The translations under genes were made by a program, and so were the position numbers. A stretch of DNA of 63,980 nt, filler included, from Intoshia linei (Eukaryota; Animalia; Orthonectida): the NCBI GenBank assembly GCA_001642005.1. It is 7 parts of 7 records of this genome, joined end to end, with 100 filler letters (N's around TTAATTAATTAA, not from the genome) between each part and the next. Parts side by side here need not be neighbours in the genome. Positions count along the whole stretch, not along the records: positions 35,744 to 52,795 come from LWCA01000818.1; positions 52,896 to 58,444 come from LWCA01001779.1; 5 more parts are not named here. One strand, 5' to 3'. Under the pieces are notes generated by a model. That model saw only the letters and a list, made by a program, of their open reading frames with translations. It searched no databases and was not told the DNA's origin. Below, in pieces: positions 39,793-53,054 of this stretch (the stretch's first letter is position 1; each line of letters opens with the position of its first letter).

Positions 39793-40369
39793 TTTTATGA
39801 TAAATCAAGATATTTGAAACAAGTTATAATAAACTAATACACTATAATGTTTGCAAACTGCGCAACTTTCTACACTGTTGTATTTGATAAAAATATAATC
39901 AATAAAATAAGGTGTTATCTAATTTTGTCTAGCCGTTTGGCAATATTGATATTTTACAAAGAGCTAATGCACTTTTGTATTCATATAAAGAACATTTCAA
40001 TTGCTCAGTTTATTATACATTTATGGAATAATGTACTTTGTCACACCGATTAATTTGGGGTGAATTCTTTAAATTATTTTCATCCATTTTAAATTGCATT
40101 TACACATGTCCTAAATAAATCAATTTTCCATTTATCATACATTTTATGTGAATTCAATCTTTTACCAGTCTGCTTTTTAGTGAAAAAATTGCAAAGTCGA
40201 TTAGATCAAATTAACTCTAATACAATGCAAGAAATATTCAGTTATAACTTATAAGCCATATAATATAAGGGTAATTAAATGTAATCATCCAATAATTAAT
40301 TTATTTTTACAACTTCAAATAAAAGATGCATTTAATGTACATATTTCATCAATATGATCGATATTTATA

Positions 40370-40800
40370 AAAACATTTTTATTTTATAAAGTTATTTTTA
40401 CCGGGAATGCGTAGATTTCTGAGGTTGAAATTTTTTATATATCCAACTGGAATAAGATGTAATAAAATTATTTAATATCCTTAAAATAAGAGTAATTGGG
40501 GTTTTGACCGTGAAGATATAAGATTTTGAAATTGAAATTTATTGCAATGTTCATAATTTTATAATATGTATGTTTGAGTATCAGAGTGTTTATTTATTTA
40601 AATTTTAGGACTCGTTTGATTTTCATAAAAAAGGATAATTGAGGTTTTTTGACCTTGAAGCACTCAATCTCTGCAAATTAAATATGCGATAAAATTTAAT
40701 GAACAAGAAATTAGAAAGTGGTTTTAAATAGAAATTTTAAAAACTTTACGCTTTTTACTTTCTTAAATAAACTGAAACAAACAAATAAACAGACTTAGAT
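40370..40800 (-). mobile_element. Helitron-like repeat fragment
   Basis: Reverse complement similarity to ~53055-53650. Confidence 0.6.
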
Positions 40801-40889
40801 TTTTTGTTTTTTGTACATAATTATAATTATAGAAATTTTAATTATTTATATTAAACTACCTATGTTGAGGTCGGACTTATCTAATTCAA

Positions 40890-42067
40890 GCAAAAAAATA
40901 AATTCAATAATAAAATCTTAATTAAAAATGCTACTCATTATTAACAATCATTTAAAGAAATTCCTAAACTGGAATTTCACATTACCTTTTAATTTATAAT
41001 GAATAATTCCCACTTAATTTTGTTTGGTTAGCATTTTTGGTATTAATTTAAAAACAATTTTGTGATCCCATTTATTCTATTTATTAGAGATAATGAGTGT
41101 ATAATCTTAAAAATAAGGCCAAAATAGTAAATCCTAAAAAATATCAAAAAAAATAAAATTGTAAATAAACCTGTATCTTCAGTATCTTTTTTCAATAAGT
41201 AAAAAATTTTAATTTTGTATCAATAATTAAGGGAAGAAGCAGTTTAAAAACATATTTCGGATAAATTTTACCTTTGCATATTGTATAAATATAAAAATGA
41301 TAATAAAAAAGTTGTCCTTTTAGTTGCTGTAGTTTTAAAATATATTTCGTTAAATTTTTTGAAAATGAAAAATTGCGTAGTAATGAAAAAAAATCCAAAG
41401 GAATAAATTATATAGATTTTTAGCAATATTTCTTTATTGGAAATGTATAGACGTTCAATGCACATTTTTTTTTCAAATTGTAAGATCAATATTTACATTT
41501 TCAATTTTTATTTTAATTGAAAAATATGAAAAATATTGGTTAACTAAAATAAATATATAATACTGGTTAAATAAAAATATCAACTGGAATAAGCTCTATC
41601 AGAATAATCTTTTTTATTAATTTTTGAACCGTTAATTATTTCATATTTTTTGTTTTAATAAAATATTTCGGAAAAAAATATGAATACTAAAATTCTTTTT
41701 TGACCGTGAAGTCGTGACTCATTCGAATTGAAATATTTTATGTATGTTAACAGGATACAACTGTACCACCTGTAAATTTTTTGAAATTCTAGGGCTGTTT
41801 TCATTAAAAAAAGAAGGGTAATTTGGGGTTTTGGCCCTGAAGATATAATTTTTTTAAATTCTCCAACTCGTTTGATTTTCAAAAAGAGGGATAACAGGGG
41901 TTTTTGACTCGTAAGATGTGAAATTTGGGGGTTCAAATTTATCTTATTATACGTCCCGGAAAAAAATGTAATTGGAATATGGTAATTAAAAAATTCTAAG
42001 ATTGATAGTTATTGAAATAAACGATAACACACACTCAGACAAACAAAGCATTTTATATAAGTAAGGA
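40890..42067 (-). mobile_element. Near full-length non-autonomous Helitron-like element
   Basis: 5' end A|TCCTTACTTATATAAAA followed by a GT-rich microsatellite; colinear with the 59345-60605 copy. Confidence 0.75.
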
Positions 42068-42341
42068 TACTGTTTTTTCAGTAATAGTTGTCAAAATATG
42101 TGTAATAAAATGGTGATTTGAAATTTTATCCGTAAAAATAAAATTTTTTGATAAACTTACCCCAGATACAGAATTTGTAAAACTGAATTAATGAAAAGAA
42201 TCCTTGGTTAAAAAAAACAAAAATATACTGCCTGCATTTATTCAATGTTTAATAAAAGTTTTATTTGTTCAGCTGAATTGTTGATAAATTGACGTGTTCA
42301 CGTAAGATTCATTTTAAACAAAAATTTATAAATTAAAAATA

Positions 42342-43210
42342 ATGTCACGTTTTACTATCTGTTTTGCTGTTTTGTTGTTGATCGGTAAGATTATTATAAG
42401 TATTGTTAATTTTAGTATATAGGTACAAATTGTTATGAGCATAATATGAGGCAAGGTCACAACGTAAACATTTTTTTAAAGTACACTCATATATTTTAGG
42501 ATTGTCAACAATTACTGGAAGTCATATCTCCTGTACGCACCAATTATTTATTTTGTACATTAATATTTTAGGAAAACGTCCAGAAATTTTGCGGTAAATT
42601 TGTGACTAACCCGAGATTGGTATTGAAAATATATTTATTGATCATGAACATTTAGTGTATCATCATCAAAAAATATGTAGTTTACTTGTCTAACAATTTG
42701 GATGTAAAATATATTTAATCTTAAACTCAATTTACTTATAGACAGATGAATTGAGCCATTTTATAAAATGTAGTAGCTTAATACAACAATCAATAATCGT
42801 TGGACCCCGTTTAATGGCATTTTTTGTAATGTTATGACATTTTTCAAACTTATTTTCATATTTAGTATAAGAGAGATCCTGAACACTTGGCATATTTGAA
42901 TGAATCTTTGCTCAATGTATATAATATAAATTAATTTTTTTAACCAAAATGTAAAAAATATAATATTTAGTTTGTCTGTTCTGTGGTGCGACCAGATTTG
43001 TACGGACTTTTGGTTTGGTTTGTAAGTCTTATCATTTAATAAACCTGAGTTAGAAATAATTAATAAAAACTGTTTATATAAATTTTTTCTTTTAAATAGT
43101 GCACGGATTACAAACCAAAAATCAACGAAAAATTGGTTAACTTTGCCAAAGAGGTTTAATTTGAGAAAATTAAATCTAAATTCATCATTTAGCAAAGCAC
43201 AAAACATTAA
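42342..43210 (+). CDS. Secreted ~156-aa Cys-containing protein, 10 exons (42342-384, 423-463, 500-532, 572-619, 656-703, 742-825, 866-916, 971-43021, 43100-153, 43193-210)
   Basis: All introns GT-AG (36-78 nt); continuous spliced frame MSRFTICFAVLLLIGTNC-YEHNMRQGHN-DCQQLLEVISP-ENVQKFCGKFVTNPRL-CIIIKK...-CTDYKPKINEKLVNFAKE-QSTKH*. Confidence 0.75.
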
Positions 43211-43235
43211 ATAATTTTATTTATTTACAATTAAA

Positions 43236-44139
43236 TCATTTTTGTTTGTTTGCTCGTAACACAGCTCCAGGTGAAGGGTAAGGTCGTTGTTGAAACAGTG
43301 GTCCACTCACTGTAGTATCAGCTCCTGTCTTGGCACTACTTTTTGTAGGCAAGCCGCTAGACCAATTCCCTCTAAATATATATACAATTATAAATTTTGA
43401 ACAATTTACACAGAAATATCAGAATAAGCAGCGGGGTCCATAGGATCTATAGAATTTATTCTTTTTCTCTTTCCTTTGCCTATATAAATTTTAAAATATC
43501 ATAAATTATCATTTTACTTTCATTTTCCTAAAAAATAATGTAAAACAGTACTGATCATGTTACCATATTAGGTTTGCTCAACCAGATTTTTACGTTAGAT
43601 TTATATTCTTCTTTATCTTTTCTATTATATGGTTTAAATCGTGGATGGATTGGAGGCAACCATGAAACACATCCAACCGATGGATTCCAATAATAATAGC
43701 GAGATCTAAACATTGAATTTTCAATTATCTTAAACCCAATGTAATAGATATGAAAAATTATTTATAAAATATATACGTATTTGGATCGCCAACTCGATAC
43801 CAATTCTCGGGTATAGGGTACATTGATTCCATACGAAGTAAATCGTCGTCCAATGATTCGTCATGATTGAAGGGCTTACATTTAAATTTTGTTATACATA
43901 CTTCATTGCATGTATGACTTTTTAATCTTAAGTGAGGACACAAGACTACTGGATAGATTAAATGGTCAGAGGTGGTATTAGTTATTATGGATTCAACATG
44001 TTTTTCTTTCTCTTTATCTGTTTCTAAAATCATTTTATAAAATATCAAAATAAAAATTAAATTAATTAAATTTACTCTGCTCTTCCTTTATTATTCCTCT
44101 GCTTTTTAAACGTTCTAATAGTGTATTAGAAATACCCAT
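43236..44139 (-). CDS. PQBP1: Polyglutamine-binding protein 1 (WW domain, C-terminal U5-15kD-binding motif)
   Basis: [19 protein letters not shown]...YYYWN...[44 protein letters not shown]. Confidence 0.95.
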
Positions 44140-44812
44140 TTTAGATTTAAATGTAATTATATTATAGTTTAAATTAAATGTATTTGTATCTATGACACTT
44201 GTAGTCGTTTTTACATTAACTTTATTCAATGAAATGTAATAGCTATATACGTGTCTAGTGCATAAAGTTTCATGAGTGTGAAACTGATGCATAGATACGT
44301 ATTATAATTTTATAAATTGACTACCAAATTTAGAGCAAGTTATTTTTATTAAATTACTATTAAATTATTAAATTAAATTATTAAGTTATTAAATATTTAT
44401 GGAAACCCACTACACTACCAAACTCATTTACATTTGTATTTATATTATCGTTTGTTAATTTTTATTTTATTTTTCTTTTATGTTAAGTTGATGGATATAC
44501 CAACAGAGATTTGTATATTTCAATTTACAATATAGGAATTCCTACAGGATATTTCCTATATGACGGAACTATTCGTAAACGGACTGTGAATTTTTCTGAA
44601 GTACAAAAATTCCGTTAAATTTTAACTTAAAATGACTAGCTCATAATTATATTATAGCTTTTTCGGTTAAAATTAAAATCTTTAGATACGTAAACATTTT
44701 ATTTTCTTTTTGATTAATAATGGTTGATTATAAATTATATGAAATAAAATAATCTGTAAAGAGAAATTAAGTTGAATGAAAATCAAAATATTTTATTTTT
44801 TCATTGTTTTAA

Positions 44813-45110
44813 TCCTAACTTATATAATATGCTACGCGATTTTTCTTTGTGTGTGTGTTCGACTTTATTTAAATAACTACCCGTCTTAGAATTTTATAAA
44901 GTCCACATTTCAATTACAGTTTTTTCCAACCTTCATAATTTCAACCTCCCAATTTCACATTTTTCAAATATTTCGATTAAAATAAAAATATTGATCCTAC
45001 AATTTTAAAAAAATGTGCATTGTACGTCTACACATTTTCAATAAAGACATATGGGTGAAAATCTATATAATTCATTCCTTCGGAAAAATTCGTTAATAAA
45101 GTGATAAACT
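44813..45110 (+). mobile_element. Internally deleted Helitron-like repeat
   Basis: 5' A|TCCTAACTTATATATAA plus (GT)n; later blocks match ~59360 and ~59840-59960. Confidence 0.65.
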
Positions 45111-45418
45111 CAATAATAAATAGGTGATTGAATCTCAGCGAACAATAAACATACAAATTAGTTATATCAGACATTGGTTATTTTATTAATAACCTGGATA
45201 ATTTCCCATAGACTCTTTACAATCCCAATGGATGGCAAAGACTCTGGACTTAATTTTTAATATTTTGGAACACCCCTAAATTAGAAAAATAAAATTTTTT
45301 TCTGAAGAATTCTCGAGAATAAGCATTACACACACCTGTTCATATATCACAAGTTTTGACTGTATACGCATTTTATGAGTAAATATTTGTATATTGTAAA
45401 ACAATTTCATTTCTCGAA

Positions 45419-46123
45419 ATGTTGTTCAAAATTTTGTTAATTTTTGCTTCAATTGGAATAGCGTACAATCTAGTTGTGAAAAAAAATAATGTCACTCCAA
45501 CTTTAGTTAATGCTAAATTACTTGTCGAAAAATACAAAGATGTTTCAATTAAAGTTAATGATATCGACGTGGGAAAATTTAAAAAAATACTGGTAAACAA
45601 CATACAATTATTGGTGGTAGAAGCAAAGCGTGTTGGTTTTGAATTTCTAGAAAATATTCAAACACTTGAATGGAATGATTTTAAAAATTCACCTGAAACA
45701 ATAATGTTTAATTTAATACGATTTTCTTCAGAAGTTAAATTAGAATTCATTCGAGGTTTAGCCACAATTACTTCAGATTTAGTTAAAGTATTTGTTCAAA
45801 ATTTGGATGTTACCGGAATCATTAAAAAGGTTATATATAGAATTGAACCGGCAAAATTAATTAAAATGATTCTTGATGTTAAATCTGAACATATAAACAA
45901 ATTAATTACCGACCTTGAAATTGATGCAAAACGGTATAAATTGCATATTTTGGCTAATAAATTAGCTACAGCTTTGGTTGAACATGTCGATACAACACAA
46001 TTGGTTAAAATTATATTATCTGATATTAATCTTAAAGAAATTGTTCGTCATAAATTGAAAACAACTGATGTTAACGATATTGTGCAAAGGATTATACACA
46101 ATGTTAACCTAAAAAAATTATAA
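45419..46123 (+). CDS. Secreted 234-aa single-exon protein with 13-residue amphipathic repeats
   Basis: Signal peptide MLFKILLIFASIGIA; repeats EHVDTTQLVKIIL/SDINLKEIVRHKL/KTTDVNDIVQRII. Confidence 0.75.
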   Translation: MLFKILLIFASIGIAYNLVVKKNNVTPTLVNAKLLVEKYKDVSIKVNDIDVGKFKKILVNNIQLLVVEAKRVGFEFLENIQTLEWNDFKNSPETIMFNLIRFSSEVKLEFIRGLATITSDLVKVFVQNLDVTGIIKKVIYRIEPAKLIKMILDVKSEHINKLITDLEIDAKRYKLHILANKLATALVEHVDTTQLVKIILSDINLKEIVRHKLKTTDVNDIVQRIIHNVNLKKL

Positions 46124-46243
46124 AAGCAATATAAAATTAAAGTATGAATAAATTCGTTATTTACATCTATTCAAATTTCCATTTCCCTTCAAAAAGTATA
46201 AGAAATAAATATTTAATGGGATAAAAAAGGTGTACACAATCGT

Positions 46244-47957
46244 TTATTTGATTAATTGGTTTATTAAATATTGTTCATCAATTTCGTCTAGTTCGTGGGT
46301 GTTGAAAGTCTAATTATCACAATCATTTCATTATCTTAATAAAATTACCTTATGTAAGTCATAAGTATGAGAAAATTCTTGTATGCATGACGTATACACC
46401 ATTATCAAATTTGTGTTACAACCTATGATAAAATGATTCACAGAATAAAGAAACTTACAAACTGGAGAATAATAAATAAGTATAATAGGGTAAGATTTTC
46501 GTCCATCATTATGGACCAATTCAAAACTGTGCACAATGAATCTAGGTTCATTTTCGTTTAAATTTTCCATAATTTCTTCAATTGGCTCATTATTCTAAAA
46601 TAATTAAATATAAAATTAGTTTAATACAAAGTACTGTATACAGGGTGGGCCGTAAGTCGCGCACCATAGCATTAAAAACAATTCTGATAATAATAAACGT
46701 TATTTTATTAAACCAAACTTAACTAATGAACTTAGAAACACGTTGTATACGCTGGTAAAATCATAAATGCTCAAAATGCTTGCCATTTGCGTTGATTCCA
46801 GTCGATGTTCAAAATTCCTATAAATTTTATCAAGTAAGTCGCTGTTTCCATCTATGTCAGTGATTTTCAATCTTTTTGTGTTTGCAACCCCCTTATAAAC
46901 ATAAAAAATTTTCTATATACTCCAAAAATCTTATCAATTTACATAAATGAAAATATTACTTATGAAAATATAAAACTGTGTTCAAATTCTCACTGTCTTA
47001 TTCATATCATGTCAAATTCTTATCTGTTGGCGAAGATGGTCGACATCTGCAATTCTTGTAGAGTAAACTATTTGTTTGAGGTGGCTCCAAAAATAAAAAT
47101 GCATTGGGGTCAAGTCAGGGGACCTTGGTGCCCATTCTACGGTGCCTCTTCGCTCAATCCAATTTTCAAAATTGCCATTCAGCCAATTTCGCACCATGAG
47201 GAGGGGCGCTAGTGAGTTAATAAACCAAAGGGGTTTTCCTTCACCGATGCGCTCCATCGGTGGCATGAGATTATTTTGTAGCATTTTCAAGTACACCTCG
47301 CCGGTCACTGTCTTGTTGAAAAAGAATGGGTCATAAACATGACTCCTCCAAAGTCTAGCACCCACATTAGAACTTTTGAACATGAGTGCTCTTTAGTAGG
47401 ACCCTTAGTATAAGCTTCCCTAAGACAATATCAAAAATTTCTTTATTAAAATATAAATTAAATTAAATTTGTGTTGTTTTCAATTCGTACTATTCGTACT
47501 TATGGTCGCATTAATTAATTTAAAGATAGTGTTTTATCAAAAATGAATTATCATTACATAAAAAGGAGTTTCTTTTATCATATAATGGAGTATTATTTAG
47601 TAAATGGAGCATACAATAGTGTTCTCTTTAAAAATTAATAATGAAATAAATTATAGTTTAGGAAAAAAATTACATAAAACTCGTCATCCACACAAATAGT
47701 GTTGAAATTTTCAATTTTTACGATAAGAGTGGCTCGTTGTTGGGATTTATTGAATCTAAATTTTCGCATGGATTTCATCAGATATTCATCCTGCTTGCAC
47801 ATTGAAATGGTTTGGGATGTCGTCTAAAAGTAGAATATTCGTTAATTTTATGCAATTTTGTAAACTTTAAAGTTTACCAAGTTTTTTATATATTTATCAA
47901 TCATTAAATTCTCAAAAAATGGATCATAGCTTTAAAAAATATATATCAAATTACCAT
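46244..47957 (-). CDS. GMF: Glia maturation factor (ADF-H family); ATG-only first exon at 47955-47957
   Basis: MRKFRFNKSQQRATLIVKIE, EPRFIVHSFELVHNDGRKSYPIILIYYSP, GCNTNLIMVY. Confidence 0.9.
46642..47400 (-). mobile_element. Tc1/mariner (DD37D/DD41D-like) remnant inside a GMF intron
   Basis: TVTGEVYLKML...WAPRSPDLTPMHFYFWSHLKQIVY; terminus TA|CAGGGTGGGCC. Confidence 0.8.
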
Positions 47958-49026
47958 TTAGTTTTTAAGTAAACTAATATTTATTTTACGTAAATAAGTA
48001 TATTTCACATCAAACTTCATTTACAGTTTGATAAGACTAATTTAAATTAATATGTATAAACAATACAATTGCTTAACGACGTTTAAAATAATGAACGATG
48101 AATTGAGATAAATGATTATACTGTTAAGTCAACCTTTTTATGTTTGAGCCATTTAGTTAAAATTATCACATTGTCATAATCACTTTGTAGTTTGTATGCA
48201 ATAATGCATTTAGTATTATTTCAGTAATACATCATTGTATTAGTACTACTGTATTAGTATATTATCAATCGTACATCTCGTCTCAAAATGTGTGACATGG
48301 TTTTGATTGTGAAAATACACCTTTTAAGGTTGTGATTTATGACAATGCTCATGATTTTAAAAACTATTCCAGAGTTTGTTTTATAAAATTTTAGAACATT
48401 TTTGCATTTTAGGTGATGCGTCATCACTGATAACCATATTGACTAGTAGTCAATTGGGTAATACCAAATATCCATGATATTCGTTAATATAAATTAATTT
48501 TTAATTTTATAGGTAGAGCAGAATGATGTAATTAATAATCGATAAACATAAAGCAATTAACCATTGTTCAATTCATTAGAAAACATTACAACCCCTCTGC
48601 ACATAAAAACTGGCTGGTTCTCAATTCCTTTCTATTTCAATATTTCAATCTCAATTTCAATGTTTAACAACAAGATATCAAAATCTTTCAGATAAAGATA
48701 AATCATTACGAGTGTAATGATTACTAAAATGTTTGTTGTAGGAGGATAATTTAAAGAGCCTTTACAATAACAATAATTTAATATAAATTCTTTACACGTG
48801 AACTATCAATATAAACAAGTAAATCTTCATATTGATCAATGTCATCACTACAACGAGGAATTTTGATTTCTTCAAAGTCAAGGCTTTCAGTCAGAAAAAA
48901 ATATGATTACAAAAAAAAAATAATAAAATGAATAGAATTTATTACACGTAAAACTAATAAAGTTAAGTTTAATTTGTATATTTACTCAAAATCTATGATT
49001 TGAAACTGATATTGATTGATAAATTT

Positions 49027-52000
49027 ATGATAAAATTAGGATTCTTTCAATATGCAGTATTTACTGCCTGTTTATTATTATCAACCTGTTCAATGCGGGA
49101 ACCATTTCATGAGATATTTATAAACAAGGTTGATTTTTTTGAAAAAAAATATATTTACATTTATTAATAATAGACGCACGTAATATCTGGATTTTATTCA
49201 TCTGAAAAGGAAGTTTACATTAGAGGTTATTATAATTATTTAATTTTAATAATTTAGTTATATCATTAAAGTCCCATTTAGAGGAATTGTTTTATAATGG
49301 AAATTTTTTTATTTTTATATGCTAAGTATAATATAATTTTTCAAATATCGATCGATATTTAAATTTTAAATAAAAGGTTCATACTCTTTTTTAAGCATTT
49401 TATTTATGAATCATAATTCATATTCATATTCTCGTTTCATTTCAATTTTTTAAAAAGTCGTGAAATGAACCAATTTGACTTCTCCTAGCAATAATATATC
49501 ATAACATTTATAAACATATTTAGCCAATAAAACAGCCAATTTATCAATAATGCTCATAAAAGCGTTAAGCTTGGATGAAAAATTAATTACAAAAGCTATA
49601 GAAAGCGTAAATAATTTTGTATTTAATTGACATTAAATTAGACCAAACTAGACAAAAACAACGTTACACTTTCTGTGAAAGATAAAATTGATTCTGATAT
49701 AAACTTTACCGTTCTAAACGATATAAATTACAATTGTAGCAACGCCAGCGATTCAAAATATGCCATTAAAAAATTTGAAAAAATTTCACACATTACAGAT
49801 TATGGATATTATTACATAGTATTAAATTCAGTAAATGGTTTTTTTTTAAAAATTTTAACTAATTTTTAAAGGTCTAGATATAAAAGGTTTTTAATTGATT
49901 ATTTTTGTTAATATTGTCAAGTTGATTTACGAATTGGAGAAGAATATAATTTTTTACTTTTGGATGATTATTACATTTATTTAGTTAATTTAAACAATTT
50001 ATATTTTAAATTTATATTTCAGTATGCCATATTTTTTTTGCTATACATTCTTGTATTGGCCATAATTTGGACTATTTTCATGATCAAACATTACAAAGAT
50101 TTGCTAAGAGTTCAATTTATGATTTCATTGCTTTTGTTATTTAGTATTTTTTTGGGAATTATTTCATCTTTATATTTTAGTTATTTTCGAAATTTGTATA
50201 GTAATTTCTAAACTCCACTATTTAAATAATAACGGGAAAAAAGGTATATCTATTTATGCTAATTTTAGTATATTTTAGAAAAAAGTGTAATATATACTCA
50301 AGTATTGTTCACTTCACTTCGTTGTGCTTACAGTCGGGCGGTTATGCTTGCTATTTGTTTGGGCTATGGAATCACAAGGTTTATTTTTCTTATTATTAGT
50401 TAGATATTAACAATTAGACCACGTTTGGATGGATTATTAAAATACATTTTTACATTATGTATAACTAATTTTGTTGGAAATTTATTCGACGATATATATT
50501 CAGTTCGAAAACTTTCCAATTTTCAGGTTTTATTTTAAGATATTATTTTGTACATCATTTCAGATCTTTAATATCGTTGCACATATCATTGTACCGCTCA
50601 GCGAATCAATTATAATTATTTGGATATCTTTTTATGAACAATATTTATTTATTTTTATTGATTTTTTTATTCTTTATTTTCCTATTTGTTTACGTCATTA
50701 AAAGCATTTTATCAATTTTTAAAATACTTCGAAACAGAAAAAATTATGTCAAAAGTCAATTATTCAAAAAATTGTTTGCATTGTTTATTTTTAGCTATTT
50801 AGGTATTTTTTTTATATATTATATTAAATTATGCATTCAGTCATTATTGGATATATTTTGGCGTTTAATTATGTAAATTCCGGACATGGAGTGGTAATTT
50901 TTATTTTAATAATTATTGACATTGAAAATCAACGTTTATTTTTTAACAAAAATCAGATTGTCAAATAAAAAAATTCAATTTGAATTTAATGTGTTTTGTA
51001 TATATAATCATTTTATTTTAAAGGCTACGATTTGGATGTATTTCATCAAAAACACCATATTTTACACTATACTGGCTGTCCAACTTACTCTTGTGATGTA
51101 TTGGATGCTCCCATCTAAATCAAATCAAAGGTAAAATATATCCTTTACTTATATAAAATTGAATGTCTGTGTTTGTTACCGTTTATTTAAAAAATTCATA
51201 GTCGTAGAATTAAAAAACACAATTTCTAATGCAATTTTTCTTAGAGCGTGTTTGTATCTATTTAGTTTCTGAATTTGAGTACTTCAGGGTAAAAAACTTA
51301 ATTTTTTTTTGTTTAAAAAAAATCAGCCAAAAATTTAATAAAACATACATTCTAGGATACGCTTTAAAACCATTAACATTGTCGTTAATTTCAGCCTTAA
51401 AAACGCATACCGTCATTGTCAAACCACAAATTACCCTTTTTGTTACTAAATTACCGAAACATGTCCTAAATTTTTTTTAAATATTTTTTAAAATCATGAA
51501 TATTACTATTTTTTTACCATTACGTTTTTTTTAATTTTTGGACCGTTAATATTATTTCACATTTTTGATTTTATATTGTTTGTTGTTTAATAAAATATTT
51601 CGAAAAAAAATATGAACACTAAAATGCTTTTTTGACAGTGAAGTCGTCACTTATTCGGATTGAAATTTTCTGTGTGTTAACAGGATACAACTGTACCACC
51701 TGTAAATTTTTTGAAATTCTAGAGTAAAAAAAGGGGCAATTTGTGGTTTTGGCACTGAAAATATAATTTTTTTAAATTTAAATTTATGATAATGTTAATG
51801 ATTTTAAAATCCGTATCAGCGTATAGATTTTTTTAAATTCTCCAACTCGTTTGATTTTCAAAAAGAGAGACAATTGGGGTTTTTGACCAGTAAAATAAAG
51901 CAAGATTTTAGAATTTTAGAAGTAAAATTATTAAGGAACCCATGATACATTTTTTTTATAAGGGGCGATAATCTTGAAAAAATATAATTTTTTTCATTTA

Positions 52001-52209
52001 GGGGGTGATAGTTCAAAAAAAGCTGAGAATCCCTGGTCTAAACTAATGTTCGACTTTTTCTATAAAAACTAGTCAAAAAGTGTTCTTATAGACATGTTTA
52101 TGGTATTATTTTTTTCTGATCACACTAATTTAATAAAATTTTAGATTTTCTTACCAAGCCTTGACAGCTACAGAGGATGATGAAGATCAACTATTTGAAA
52201 ATGATATTG
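49027..52209 (+). CDS. TMEM87: TMEM87/GPR107 (lung 7TM) family protein, many exons, 3' end uncertain
   Basis: Signal peptide from 49027; HYKDLLRVQFMI, SRAVMLAICLGYGITRPRL, RKNYVKSQLFKK, MYWMLPSKSNQRFSYQAL...EDDEDQ. Confidence 0.85.
51141..51900. mobile_element. Helitron-like repeat fragments in a TMEM87 intron (mixed orientation)
   Basis: 5' A|TCCTTTACTTATATAAAA at 51141; 51530-51900 highly similar to 41620-41910. Confidence 0.65.
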
Positions 52210-52462
52210 GTATTTATAGATCCAGTGTAGCATAGCATAGTATAGCAACCAGTGTCTCGCGTGCCAAAAGTGTCCCACAGAATAATTTTGGTGGCCCTTT
52301 GAGTAAATATGTAAATATATTTATTTTTAAACATTTTCTACTATAATTGGCTTATTTTAATAATTTTCAAATTGCCCTGTGTAATGTATTTAAAATTCGT
52401 AATGAAAAACGTTTAATTTTTAAAGCATGTTTTTATACGGTTTACAATTAATATGAAGTTTA

Positions 52463-52795
52463 TTATCTATTTTGATTTAGTGTTGGGATGATACTAATAC
52501 TACACCTTTCTCCTAAAATTTTGACGAGATGTTTTTTTTTGTATAAAAATTGTCCCTTGAATGTGATTGGATGATTTAGAGTGTAATCAAGGTCATATCT
52601 ATAATTCTTAAGATTTTTGTCATATGATTTTTTCATATTTAATGTGTATTGTTTGCGATAAGCGTTCGATTTTGCTATGAGATCGGCTAATGTAGATTTA
52701 TTGTGATTATGTAGGAAGGCATTGTAACCGGTCAGAAGTTTTAGAGATGTTTGATTTTTTTGAGTAGGTAAGAAACGCAAACTTGCAAGTACCGA
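52463..52795 (-). pseudogene. Possible LTR-retrotransposon integrase 3' remnant, cut by gap
   Basis: SVLASLRFLPTQKNQTSLKLLTGYN...MKKSYDK resembles the post-DDE integrase region. Confidence 0.35.
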
Positions 52796-53054
52796 NNNNN
52801 NNNNNNNNNNNNNNNNNNNNNNNNNNNNNNNNNNNNNNNTTAATTAATTAANNNNNNNNNNNNNNNNNNNNNNNNNNNNNNNNNNNNNNNNNNNNTCAAA
52901 CGATACTATAAAATAAAAAAATATTATTGGTATTAATTGTATAAATCATACATGCATGAAAAATAGTCTTACATTTATATAATTTATTTAAACTTTGAAT
53001 TTAAACAATAAAAACTAACTGTTCGTTTTTACGAACACTGGCCGTTAATGGGAT

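Noticed and set aside
41192-41936. Several short minus-strand ORFs
   Set aside because: They lie within the non-coding Helitron-like repeat
42761-43207. 148-aa minus-strand ORF
   Set aside because: Antisense to the spliced + strand secreted gene; no recognisable protein features
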